A stretch of DNA of 64,000 nt from Eledone cirrhosa (GCA_964016885.1 OZ024742.1:306466001-306530000), one strand, 5' to 3'; positions 16,861 through 29,962 are shown, numbered from the stretch's first letter. Translations and numbers: made by a program. The notes: generated by a model from the letters alone, not told the origin.

Positions 16861-17175
16861 TATATATATATATAAGTTACATCTGTACAAATACAGACGG
16901 TGTAATCAAGATTGTATCAACACTTAGATATAGAATAGGTAGACATGTAAGCATGCGAGAAACTACGAGTTTCCCTGTAAATTGAAAAATATGATTTTCG
17001 GATCTTAATGGACCCTCATCAGAAGACTTTTATATCACACCGTCAACCACAAGAAAACATGTATTTGTTGGGCATATATATGCCCATTCGCTCTTAGTAC
17101 TATTCTGAAATGGACATACAACTGTGTATGTACGGAGCGTGAGTTGGTAATTAATTAATAAATAACAATATATAT

Positions 17176-17413
17176 ATAAAAACAAATAACGAAACGAAAT
17201 TAAATTTCGTTTCGCTTCTAACTCACTTTTGTATGACTGACGCTTAAACAATTAAGTTAAAGTGTACATCTACATATGTATACGGAAGTATTAGTATGCA
17301 TATAAATACACACATGTATACATATGTACATGTACTCAGCTTTTCACTAGACACTTTACAGTGAGTGTCAGCTAGTCTGTATGTAACCACACAGGCGGAC
17401 TGGGTTTTAGAGT
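17176..17413 (-). repeat. Inverted partial monomer of the 469-bp repeat
   Basis: Reverse complement of the unit segment ACTCTAAAACCC...CGTTATTTGTTTTTAT; abuts a short (TA)n. Confidence 0.93.
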
Positions 17414-17442
17414 AAATATTATAGAGTAAATATTTTAAAGTA

Positions 17443-17487
17443 AATATTGCTGATGAGATGTAATAACATCGAAACTAGTCCAATATT
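17443..17487 (+). ncRNA. Type I hammerhead ribozyme (family A, first of 10 copies)
   Basis: AATATTG-CTGATGA-GATGT aata ACATC-GAAA-CTAG-TC^CAATATT: 7-bp stem I, canonical core, 5-bp stem II, palindromic CTAG stem III. Predicted cleavage after 17480. Confidence 0.95.
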
Positions 17488-17805
17488 CCTGTCTGGCCCT
17501 CTGGAGAATAGAGGAAATGTGTTTCCTTGAAAACTCGTATGACTCTAAAACCCGGTCCGCCTGTGTGGTTACATACAGACTAGCTGACACTCACTGTAAA
17601 GTGTCTAGTGAAAAGTTGAGTACATGTACATATGTATACATGTGTGTATTTATATGCATACTAATACTTCCGTATACATATGTAGATGTACACTTTAACT
17701 TAATTGTTTAAGCGTCAGTCATACAAAAGTGAGTTAGAAGCGAAACGAAATTTAATTTCGTTTCGTTATTTGTTTTTATCGTTTCCGCTGAACCGGTGCG
17801 TACAA

Positions 17806-17826
17806 TGACTCACGTTCTATGCAAAT
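17806..17826 (+). promoter_or_regulatory. AP-1-like TGACTCA and octamer ATGCAAAT in each family A monomer
   Basis: TGACTCA at 17806-17812 and ATGCAAAT at 17819-17826, repeating every 469 bp. The octamer is also kept in families B and C. Function is inferred only. Confidence 0.45.
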
Positions 17827-17880
17827 TAGTCTACCCACTACTAATTTTCATAGAAAAAGCATATGACGATATGTGCTTTT

Positions 17881-17978
17881 ACAATTCTCCAGAGAAGCCG
17901 GAAGATGGGTAAATATTGCTGATGAGATGTAATAACATCGAAACTAGTCCAATATTCCTGTCTGGCCCTCTGGAGAAT
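17881..17978 (+). ncRNA. Family A hammerhead with extended, bulged stem I (second copy)
   Basis: ATTCTCCAGAG pairs with CTCTGGAGAAT (11 bp) and AGATGGG with CCTGTCT. A TA(A) bulge precedes the AATATTG/CAATATT stem. Confidence 0.85.
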
Positions 17979-20900
17979 AGAGGAAATGTGTTTCCTTGAA
18001 AACTCGTATGACTCTAAAACCCGGTCCGCCTGTGTGGTTACATACAGACTAGCTGACACTCACTGTAAAGTGTCTAGTGAAAAGCTGAGTACATGTACAT
18101 ATGTATACATGTGTGTATTTATATGCATACTAATACTTCCGTATACATATGTAGATGTACACTTTAACTTAATTGTTTAAGCGTCAGTCATACAAAAGTG
18201 AGTTAGAAGCGAAACGAAATTTAATTTCGTTTCGTTATTTGTTTTTATCGTTTCCGCTGAACCGGTGCGTACAATGACTCACGTTCTATGCAAATTAGTC
18301 TACCCACTACTAATTTTCATAGAAAAAGCATATAACGATATGTGCTTTTACAATTCTCCAGAGAAGCCGGAAGATGGGTAAATATTGCTGATGAGATGTA
18401 ATAACATCGAAACTAGTCCAATATTCCTGTCTGGCCCTCTGGAGAATAGAGGAAATGTGTTTCCTTGAAAACTCGTATGACTCTAAAACCCGGTCCGCCT
18501 GTGTGGTTACATACAGACTAGCTGACACTCACTGTAAAGTGTCTAGTGAAAAGCTGAGTACATGTACATATGTATACATGTGTGTATTTATATGCATACT
18601 AATACTTCCGTATACATATGTAGATGTACACTTTAACTTAATTGTTTAAGCGTCAGTCATACAAAAGTGAGTTAGAAGCGAAACGAAATTTAATTTCGTT
18701 TTGTTATTTGTTTTTATCGTTTCCGCTGAACCGGTGCGTACAATGACTCACGTTCTATGCAAATTAGTCTACCCACTACTAATTTTCATAGAAAAAGCAT
18801 ATAACGATATGTGCTTTTACAATTCTCCAGAGAAGCCGGAAGATGGGTAAATATTGCTGATGAGATGTAATAACATCGAAACTAGTCCAATATTCCTGTC
18901 TGGCCCTCTGGAGAATAGAGGAAATGTGTTTCCTTGAAAACTCGTATGACTCTAAAACCCGGTCTGCCTGTGTGGTTACATACAGACTAGCTGACACTCA
19001 CTGTAAAGTGTCTAGTGAAAAGCTGAGTACATGTACATATGTATACATGTGTGTATTTATATGCATACTAATACTTCCGTATACATATGTAGATGTACAC
19101 TTTAACTTAATTGTTTAAGCGTCAGTCATACAAAAGTGAGTTAGAAGCGAAACGAAATTTAATTTCGTTTCGTTATTTGTTTTTATCGTTTCCGCTGAAC
19201 CGGTGCGTACAATGACTCACGTTCTATGCAAATTAGTCTACCCACTACTAATTTTCATAGAAAAAGCATATAACGATATGTGCTTTTACAATTCTCCAGA
19301 GAAGCCGGAAGATGGGTAAATATTGCTGATGAGATGTAATAACATCGAAACTAGTCCAATATTCCTGTCTGGCCCTCTGGAGAATAGAGGAAATGTGTTT
19401 CCTTGAAAACTCGTATGACTCTAAAACCCGGTCCGCCTGTGTGGTTACATACAGACTAGCTGACACTCACTGTAAAGTGTCTAGTGAAAAACTGAGTACA
19501 TGTACATATGTATACATGTGTGTATTTATATGCATACTAATACTTCCGTATACATATGTAGATGTACACTTTAACTTAATTGTTTAAGCGTCAGTCATAC
19601 AAAAGTGAGTTAGAAGCGAAACGAAATTTAATTTCGTTTCGTTATTTGTTTTTATCGTTTCCGCTGAACCGGTGCGTACAATGACTCACGTTCTATGCAA
19701 ATTAGTCTACCCACTACTAATTTTCATAGAAAAAGCATATAACGATATGTGCTTTTACAATTCTCCAGAGAAGCCGGAAGATGGGTAAATATTGCTGATG
19801 AGATGTAATAACATCGAAACTAGTCCAATATTCCTGTCTGGCCCTCTGGAGAATAGAGGAAATGTGTTTCCTTGAAAACTCGTATGACTCTAAAACCCGG
19901 TCCGCCTGTGTGGTTACATACAGACTAGCTGACACTCACTGTAAAGTGTCTAGTGAAAAGCTGAGTACATGTACATATGTATACATGTGTGTATTTATAT
20001 GCATACTAATACTTCCGTATACATATGTAGATGTACACTTTAACTTAATTGTTTAAGCGTCAGTCATACAAAAGTGAGTTAGAAGCGAAACGAAATTTAA
20101 TTTCGTTTCGTTATTTGTTTTTATCGTTTCCGCTGAACCGGTGCGTACAATGACTCACGTTCTATGCAAATTAGTCTACCCACTACTAATTTTCATAGAA
20201 AAAGCATATAACGATATGTGCTTTTACAATTCTCCAGAGAAGCCGGAAGATGGGTAAATATTGCTGATGAGATGTAATAACATCGAAACTAGTCCAATAT
20301 TCCTGTCTGGCCCTCTGGAGAATAGAGGAAATGTGTTTCCTTGAAAACTCGTATGACTCTAAAACCCGGTCCGCCTGTGTGGTTACATACAGACTAGCTG
20401 ACACTCACTGTAAAGTGTCTAGTGAAAAGCTGAGTACATGTACATATGTATACATGTGTGTATTTATATGCATACTAATACTTCCGTATACATATGTAGA
20501 TGTACACTTTAACTTAATTGTTTAAGCGTCAGTCATACAAAAGTGAGTTAGAAGCGAAACGAAATTTAATTTCGTTTCGTTATTTGTTTTTATCGTTTCC
20601 GCTGAACCGGTGCGTACAATGACTCACGTTCTATGCAAATTAGTCTACCCACTACTAATTTTCATAGAAAAAGCATATAACGATATGTGCTTTTACAATT
20701 CTCCAGAGAAGCCGGAAGATGGGTAAATATTGCTGATGAGATGTAATAACATCGAAACTAGTCCAATATTCCTGTCTGGCCCTCTGGAGAATAGAGGAAA
20801 TGTGTTTCCTTGAAAACTCGTATGACTCTAAAACCCGGTCCGCCTGTGTGGTTACATACAGACTAGCTGACACTCACTGTAAAGTGTCTAGTGAAAAGCT

Positions 20901-21920
20901 GAGTACATGTACATATGTATACATGTGTGTATTTATATGCATACTAATACTTCCGTATACATATGTAGATGTACACTTTAACTTAATTGTTTAAGCGTCA
21001 GTCATACAAAAGTGAGTTAGAAGCGAAACGAAATTTAATTTCGTTTCGTTATTTGTTTTTATCGTTTCCGCTGAACCGGTGCGTACAATGACTCACGTTC
21101 TATGCAAATTAGTCTACCCACTACTAATTTTCATAGAAAAAGCATATAACGATATGTGCTTTTACAATTCTCCAGAGAAGCCGGAAGATGGGTAAATATT
21201 GCTGATGAGATGTAATAACATCGAAACTAGTCCAATATTCCTGTCTGGCCCTCTGGAGAATAGAGGAAATGTGTTTCCTTGAAAACTCGTATGACTCTAA
21301 AACCCGGTCCGCCTGTGTGGTTACATACAGACTAGCTGACACTCACTGTAAAGTGTCTAGTGAAAAGCTGAGTACATGTACATATGTATACATGTGTGTA
21401 TTTATATGCATACTAATACTTCCGTATACATATGTAGATGTACACTTTAACTTAATTGTTTAAGCGTCAGTCATACAAAAGTGAGTTAGAAGCGAAACGA
21501 AATTTAATTTCGTTTCGTTATTTGTTTTTATCGTTTCCGCTGAACCGGTGCGTACAATGACTCACGTTCTATGCAAATTAGTCTACCCACTACTAATTTT
21601 CATAGAAAAAGCATATAACGATATGTGCTTTTACAATTCTCCAGAGAAGCCGGAAGATGGGTAAATATTGCTGATGAGATGTAATAACATCGAAACTAGT
21701 CCAATATTCCTGTCTGGCCCTCTGGAGAATAGAGGAAATGTGTTTCCTTGAAAACTCGTATGACTCTAAAACCCGGTCCGCCTGTGTGGTTACATACAGA
21801 CTAGCTGACACTCACTGTAAAGTGTCTAGTGAAAAGCTGAGTACATGTACATATGTATACATGTGTGTATTTATATGCATACTAATACTTCCGTATACAT
21901 ATGTAGATGTACACTTTAAC

Positions 21921-21951
<31 letters not shown>

Positions 21952-22117
21952 CTTAAGAAGTGCACAGCAGCCGAAGTGCATGATAAGGTTTTATCGGTAT
22001 AAATACACACTCTGTAACCGAGACTGCATCACACACACACATACTCACACACGCGCACACGCGCACACACACACACACACACGCACACGCACATACGCAC
22101 ACTCACACACAGACGCA

Positions 22118-22152
<35 letters not shown>

Positions 22153-22529
22153 GGAGAGAGAGAGAGATATGTATGGACGTACGGATGCCAAATTATGGTT
22201 CAATCGAATAATATTAAAAGGTTGCACACTTTCATATCTTTTTTATTCATGACGTTGTTTTTTAGCTAAGCTGTAATATATTGTCCTTTCTATTCACTTT
22301 ACTGACTCCAATGAGGAAACCACATGACAGGACGAATTGAAATATAAATAAGAGGGAGGAATACGTTCTAAATACACAATAATTGTTTCTATTTTAGGCA
22401 CACACAATAATATTAGTGTTAAGATAGAAATACTTTTCATGAATGATATGTATAACAGGAAACGGCCTCTTTTATCCTCTAGGGTATTTTTCCTTTGCTC
22501 CGCAACGGGATTAAGGAGGAACTGTTTCT

Positions 22530-23700
22530 GAATCATTAAACTACTTTATGAGATAAAGGCCTCGCTCAGCAGTGTCATTTGCAACTTTCATATCATCAAC
22601 AGATGCTTTGATATCGCCATTGGTTTAAAAATCCAACTTGCTTGGAACAATGGCGAGCTGGTGGAAAAATTCTTTGTCTGCATCGTGACGAAGTCACTCA
22701 GTTCTTTTAACCAAAATGAACTCCTTTTCCGTCTATCGTCTTCATCTCCTTCTTTTTTCTTCTTTTGTTAAATTTTGGATCATTTTTTTCTTCTCATCCA
22801 GTCTTTCTTCACAGAAAACCAACACTACTAACGCTTCTGACTAGTAGCACAGGTAACAGCGAATGACTGTCCCTCCCGTTGTCCCGATCTCTTGGTCAGA
22901 ATACATTCGTAGCAGCTTCATCAAATCGTGATCATTCTTTGGAGCCCATCTAAGAACCATTGCTTCGGTCCAGAATTTTACATACACCAAGGTTACAATC
23001 TAAGCGACATTTTGTAGATATCTCGACTCATGTGGTGTAATTTTGAGTTGTTATTTGAGCATAAATATCTTGAGCACATATATGGCCCTGGCCATCCAAC
23101 GAGCGTGATTATAACCGTCTGTGACCGAAAAGAGAACTGGGGAGATGTCCAACCACCATCTTAGCATAGTCTTCTCGGGATTATCTCCAGAAAACAGTAC
23201 GTTAAACCATCTCTTCAGTCTTTTAAAATTCTTCCATGGGCTCATCATCCTCCAACGTTCCTGGTACGTTTTGAACAGTGGGATACCGAGACCAGATTAT
23301 TAGTAAAATATCTCAAATAATTTCTTTAAAACGAGTTCAAGAATGTAATCCTGGTGAGCCAGTCACAATATAGATTTTCTTTGTTTTTTCAGAGCTGCTT
23401 CAAATTTCTTTTGATTTCTTTATGCCTGCGGGTGTTACGGGAAGTGGTGTTGAAGGAAGTACAAATTGGTCTAATCTCAATTCTATGTCGTTGTGTTTCT
23501 TTCAAAATGATTTCATGTGCTTCAATATTCACAAGACTTTGATCCGTGTAGTGAAATTATAGCCTGCAACAGAAATACATCCTTTACGGCATGTCCTCTA
23601 TCTTGTTTTTGTGGGTACTTCAGCTTATATTGTTATCGACCTCTCCCTCGTGTTGTTCAATGCCACCAGCATTTTGCCTGAGAGAGGTGGGTATATGTTA
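22530..23700 (-). pseudogene. Decayed DNA transposase, hAT-related (hATm-like)
   Basis: Minus-strand remnants in the expected order: GKML, SFNTTSRNT (cf. FDTTASNTG), YILELVLKKLF (cf. HHILELVL), NHARWMARAIYVLKIF, KVANDTAERG. Many stops and frameshifts. Confidence 0.7.
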
Positions 23701-24805
23701 CTTTAAGTGAATCCTCTTTTCCAAATTAGCTGAGACGCAAATTTACTCCCGTTTAATAGTATATTGTGATTGTGTAGTTTTCTTCAGCTATTAGATAACA
23801 GCAAGCATATACGATTGAAGGTATGAGAGAAAGGAGGACATATAGAAAGAATGAAAATGGTAGATTGTGTGCGAAGTAGCGAGGATGGTTGAGTCAATGA
23901 TAGAGTTGCATCGAAATCGTAATTTGAGAGGAAAAGAGAGAAATATCTTATGAGCAGTTTGAGATTGTAATAAATTCGAAGTAACGTTTCTGAGAACGAA
24001 TTCTAGTATGAATGTATCGGAGTTAGTTAGGAAATGTGAAATGACGTTACATGACATCTGATTTGAAAGTTAAAGGAACACACCCACACACACTATTAAA
24101 AATTATTGATTGAAGTCAATGCTTTCAATGAACAACTGCGTGTTTACAAAACAGTCCAACCATTTCCTGGTGGAAGCTTCATAGCTTATAAATATTATAC
24201 AGTCCTTCGTGCACGTTCTCTTTGACAATGGGTTCATCCCTATCCAGCACACCTCCTCACCCCCCGTTCGCATCCACAGCACCGTTACATTTCCATGCAT
24301 GTTAGAAATATTGAAATAAATCTTCTGAGCAAGACAAATGTAAAATGCCGGAAGAATTCCCAACGCGACATTACGAAGCTTTCAACAGGAACGAATGTCG
24401 ATTAAAATTTCAGACACACAAAATATATAACAAATTTAAAATTCATACTTAGTAACATATTCATACATTTATATCATATCTCTCTATATTTCCACAGTAT
24501 CATATATATATGCACATATATATGTATAATTTTATATACATAAACACTCGCACGAACACAAACTTCAATACACATACGGACACGAGTGTTGAGTGCATAA
24601 GGAAATGTATATGCATTTATACATCATATGACTGCGTATGTGTAACTCTGTGATTATATGTAAGGAGATATGTTTATATAAATATATACATACCATATAT
24701 ACATACGTATATATTGCTTAACATACATATAGTTCCACGCCCATGCGCCTGTGTATGTATATATATATATATATATATACACAGTCGCATGGGCGTGGAA
24801 CTATG

Positions 24806-24836
<31 letters not shown>

Positions 24837-24917
24837 TGCCCCCTCGTTATCGAGTATGGCCATTGCACAATAAAAAAAAATAAAAAAAAAAATAAATAAA
24901 TAAATAAATAAATAAAA

Positions 24918-24959
<42 letters not shown>

Positions 24960-25128
24960 AAAAAAAAAAAAGGGAAAAGATATATATATATATATACACA
25001 CACACATATACATACATATATATATACACATATATATACACACACATATACATACACATACATACATATATACACACACACATACATACACATACACTCA
25101 CACATATATACACACATACATTAATAAC

Positions 25129-25165
<37 letters not shown>

Positions 25166-25244
25166 GCAATAATAATAATAACGACAACAACAATAATAAT
25201 ATACATATTCATATATATATACACACACACGCACGCACATAAGC

Positions 25245-25282
<38 letters not shown>

Positions 25283-25290
25283 GATAGCAA

Positions 25291-28105
25291 CTAACAGTGC
25301 TGCGATCGAATGTGGCTTTTTAGCCCAGCCAATGATCTAAAATGTCTTGCACAGAGTCGGCAACCAAAACATTTACTGGGAATAGTCGGCTGTGGTTGGA
25401 GTTCGTGTACTTTTGCATGTCGCTTGAGTCCTCCTGCTGATTTACATTCTCTACCACATGTTTGGCAAGCATGATGAGTAGCATCTCCAACAGCAGCCTG
25501 GTAGTCAACCACTGGTCTTACTTTATGACTGCGAAGATGACTTTCGAGTCCAGCTTTGCTTAGGCAGAGTCTCGCACAGACGCTGCATGTCAGAAACATA
25601 GGAGGACCCTCGCCGTCTGGAAGTGCAACAGCAATACCCTTCCTCACGTCCCGCTTTACTTTCTCGTGTGCGATTCGAGATGCCTCAAAGGCAACTTTTC
25701 CCTCATATACAGTCTTTCTCCATTTATTACGATCAGCAGCAATATTTTCCCATGTATCAGCAGAGATGTTAGCGTCTTTCAGAGAGGCCTTCAAGGAATC
25801 CTTATACCTCTTTTTTGGTTTATGTGGCGGTCGTTTTCCTTTAACCAACTCTCCATAGAAGAGTTGTTTTGGTACTCTAGAATCCTTCATCCTGGCAAGG
25901 TGACCACTCCAACGGAGTCGCTGCTTAAGCACAAGAGCTTCTATACTGTCACACATAGAGCTTTCCAAAATCTCGACATCACTGATGTGGTCCCTCCAGC
26001 GAACGCCATGTATCCGTCTGAGACACATCTGATGGAAACGCTCCAATTGCTTAAGGTGGCGTCGATATGTGACCCAGGTCTCGCAGGCATAAAGAAGACA
26101 AGAGAGTACACATGCCCTGTACACCCTTACCTTTGTCCTCCTGCATATGTCTCGCCGACCCCAGAGTCGCCTTTCTAGCTTTCCGAAAGCATCACTTGCT
26201 TTCCTAATCCTAAGTGAGATCTCACTGTCAAGGTTGCCGTATCGATTGACAGTGCTTCCCAGGTAGACAAACTGATCAACCACTCCAAGTCGTTTGCCAT
26301 ACACATAGATGTTTGGTTCAGTGTACTGCCCACCAGGTGCAGGTTGGTACATGACGACGGTTTTCTTGAGACTGACAGTCAAACCCAGGGCAGTGCAAGC
26401 GTCAGAAAATACATTCAAAATGTGCTGCATATCACTCTCTGTGTGCGCTACAAGATCGCAATCATCTGCATACAAGAGGTCTCTTATGACTGATGTAAAT
26501 ACTTTTGTCTTCGCAGCAAAGCGCCTGATGTTAAATATGCTGCCTGAGGTTCGATATCGGATGTAAACACCATGCTCGCAATTCCTGAATGCAATACAGA
26601 AAACCATTGCAAAGTATATGGCAAACAGGGTCGGTGCTGGAATATCCCCCTGTTTCACTCCATTTTTTACTGAGATAGGCTCCGACATGTTACCTCCGAC
26701 ATTAACCCAAGCCTTCATGTCGTCATGGAAAGACCTAACTAAAGCAAGGAACTTATCAGGGCAACCAAGTTTCTGGAGAACCTTCCATAATGCATCTCTG
26801 TTGACAGTATCGAAAGCCTTTGTCAGATCGACAAAAACCTGATACAGATCCAAGCCCTGTTCAATGCACTTCTCCTGGAGCTGTCTAGCTGAGAAGATCA
26901 TATCAGTAGTGCCGCGTCCAACACGAAAACCAGATTGACTTTCAGGAAGGACACAATCTGCAATGTGTGTCAGCAGACGGTCCAGAAGCACCCTACATAA
27001 AACTTTCCCCACGACAGAAAGCAATGATATACCTCTGTAGTTCCCACAATCATTCCTGTTACCCTTTCCCTTGTACAAGACCACCATTACTGCATCTCTC
27101 CAGTCCTCAGGCACGGATTCATTAGCCCATATCCTTCCAAACAGAGAGTGAAGATGTTGCAGGAGTCTCTCACCACCATATTGTAGGAGCTCAGCATGTA
27201 TGCCATCCATACCTGGAGATCTTCCACTGTTCAGCTTCGAAATAGCCACTGCAACCTCCACAAGTGTCGGAGGTTCTGCGAGAGCTACTTTCACAGGACT
27301 TTCCGGAATGAGATTGAGGAAATCTTCACTGACGACAGACGGCTGATTCAAAAGATCATCAAAGTGCTCTCGCCACCTTCGTAGAATTCCCTGTGAGTCA
27401 CGAAGAAGTTCTTTGCCATCCTTGCTGCGAATCGGTGTCACCAGAGAAGAACACGGTCCATAAACCTCACGCAAGAGACTGTACAACAGCTTTGTGTTAT
27501 TGCAATCAGACGCAGTTTGTATCTCACCAGCCTTCTCACTCCACCACTGATCCTTCATCTGAGAAAGACTCCGCCTAACACGTGATTTTACATCCCTGAG
27601 CTCCTCATGCAACGTATTCCTCTCCTGTGGTCTTGCCGTCAAGTAGCGTGACAGAGCGCGCCTCTTATCAGCCAACAAGTCATCTATATGCACATCCTTC
27701 TCATCAAACCAGTCCTGATGTTTTCTCTGCACCAATCCCAGAACACGTCTGCCTACATCATAAACCGACTTTTTAAGAGTCGGCCAATCCTCACCAAGAT
27801 CTGCAGCCTGCATCTCTTCTTCCAATGTCCTCTTCACATTTTTATCCTTAAGACGAGCAGCATTCAATCTTTTGGGCAGGGCAACACCAGGAGCCCGGAT
27901 TTTACGTTTGGTGATTAGATTCACTTTTGCGCGTACCAGGCGGTGGTCCGTCCAGCACTCAGCTCCACGAAGAACACGAACACACTGCACATCCTGTCTG
28001 TCACGCATCCTGACTAGGACGTAGTCCAAAAGATGCCATTCCTTAGATGCAGGATGCATCCATGTGGTCTTGAATTTGTTCTTTTGTTGGAACATGGTGT
28101 TGGTA
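25291..28105 (-). mobile_element. 5'-truncated RTE-type LINE; open ORF with endonuclease C-terminus, RT and three C2H2 zinc fingers
   Basis: TTWMHP..WHLLDY...TDHRLV (APE end); GRSPGMDGI, NYRGISLL, QSGFR, FVDLTKAFD, GVKQG, LLYADD; LRWSGH; three CxxC-x12-HxxxH motifs. The stop is followed by a (TG)n tract. The N-terminal residues of the called ORF come from the flanking microsatellite. Confidence 0.95.
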
Positions 28106-28169
28106 ACATATATATATACATACACAGGCGCATGGGCGTGGAACTAGGTGTATGTTAAGCAATATATAC

Positions 28170-28235
<66 letters not shown>

Positions 28236-28562
28236 TCCAATGATGACAGAATAGGTAGGAAATGAGAACAAACATGGGAGATCAAGAGAAGAACGAAAGA
28301 AGCAGATAGGCTAGAAGGAATTTGACACATTAGTATGTTTTATTCTAATTTGTCTAATCATAGATGTCCTGTTGCATCAGATTGTCTTCAACCATAAAAC
28401 AACAGTACATCTCTTTTGAATGCTCCAACACTTACGTTTTTTGTTACATTCCTTCATGTAAGAGATACCTAGGGAAAGAGTGAAATGTGTCGATAAAATA
28501 GGGCCGGTAATATTTTGGTTACAGATATACATAGAGAGGCTCATTATACATATATATATATG

Positions 28563-28663
28563 CAGGGTGTCCCCCCAAAATGTATACACACTTTGATTGC
28601 CTGTACAGGCAATATTTATTAGAATGTTATTGAAGTATGTATACATTTTTGGAAGACACCCTC
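28563..28663. mobile_element. ~100-bp Tc1/mariner-type MITE
   Basis: Terminal inverted repeats CAGGGTGTCCCCCCAAAATGTATACA / TGTATACATTTTTGGAAGACACCCT beside a TA tract. Confidence 0.65.
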
Positions 28664-29751
28664 TCTCTCTCATATATATGTATATACTCTTTTCCTCTTT
28701 TACTCTTTTCCTCTTTTACTCTTTTACCTGTCCCAGCTGTCCCGCAGAGGCCATGCTGAGGCACAACCCTTGGAAATGTATATATATATATATATAGTTA
28801 TATGTATATCAGAGAGAAAGATATTCATCACTAATATATTTTGACATCGAAAATGTACGTGTACTATCTATTAAATCTTTGTTCATATCCAAAGGATCCT
28901 TCCTATTGGTTCATTGAGATAATTAATATTGTTTCTTATTACCAGAAACTTCATTTATGGAAACAAACGACCGAAATCTTCACATATAAGTTTGTTTAGG
29001 CTTATCTTCCCCTCATGGATATTGTGTTATTAGATAAACTTTGTTTTCACTGCTTCTCTAATTCTTACCATTGACTTATAGAAATATATTAGTGACAAAT
29101 AACTTTCTGTTTGAAGTTTGCTAATCCTTAATTGTTGAGTTGGTATAATGTGTGCTATTTCTACTGTCACTACGATCCTGTCATATTGTCCTGATATGCA
29201 CACATTCATTTGGTAGTCGAATGACGCTCGTGTTAATCAACGCATCATGTTGTTTGATATCGACAAGGTTCGTATACTATCTATTAATTTTTTTTTATAT
29301 CCAAAGTATCCCTCCGTTGGAGGAATTTCTTCCAATGTTGACTATTGGGAAAATTAATATCATTTCTTCATTCCAGAAACTGCAGTCAGTGAGAAGATAT
29401 GAACGAAACATTTCTATTCACGCCACTGGGATGAAGCTGGTACGATGTGTGTATTTTTACAAAATGCAACACGTGCTGCTAGTCATTCGCAGATTTGAAT
29501 TTGCTGTGTAAACACAGATAGTTAAATATTCTACCCTGTTGAAAATCCGGATTTTGACTACTATGGTTTACCGATCGATTAATGGTGAAATATATTTCTT
29601 TAATGAAACATATACAAGGAAGATTAATCAATTTATAAGGTATCTATTTTTAAAGTTCTAATTAAACTTCAATTAGTTACCTACCTAGCTATGTGTGCTT
29701 ACACACTTTTACAAATTATTCCCTGTGATTCTTTCATATGTCTATTTTAGA

Positions 29752-29777
29752 TATATATATGTCAATCAATTTCTAGT

Positions 29778-29854
<77 letters not shown>

Positions 29855-29913
29855 AATCAATTTCTAGTTGATATATATATATATATATATATATGTGTCA
29901 ATCAATTTCTAGT

Positions 29914-29962
<49 letters not shown>
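29752..29962. repeat. Three copies of TGTCAATCAATTTCTAGTTGA separated by (TA)n
   Basis: Read directly from the sequence. Confidence 0.9.

Larger units (their letters stand above)
17439..21925 (+). mobile_element. Retrozyme-like family A: tandem array of a 469-bp non-coding monomer (9 full + 1 partial), one hammerhead per unit
   Basis: Exact 469-bp period with only a handful of substitutions. Hammerheads start at 17443, 17912, 18381, 18850, 19319, 19788, 20257, 20726, 21195 and 21664. Ends in (TA)n. Confidence 0.95.

Noticed and set aside
17439-21925. CRISPR array or snRNA/5S gene cluster
   Set aside because: There are no unique spacers or cas genes, and the context is eukaryotic. Despite the octamer, I recognise no U snRNA, 5S or tRNA sequence in the unit.
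17517-21956. Repeated 64-aa and 72-aa ORFs in the 469-bp array
   Set aside because: They are short, overlap on opposite strands and have no recognisable domain. They are not shared with families B and C, whereas the RNA structure is.
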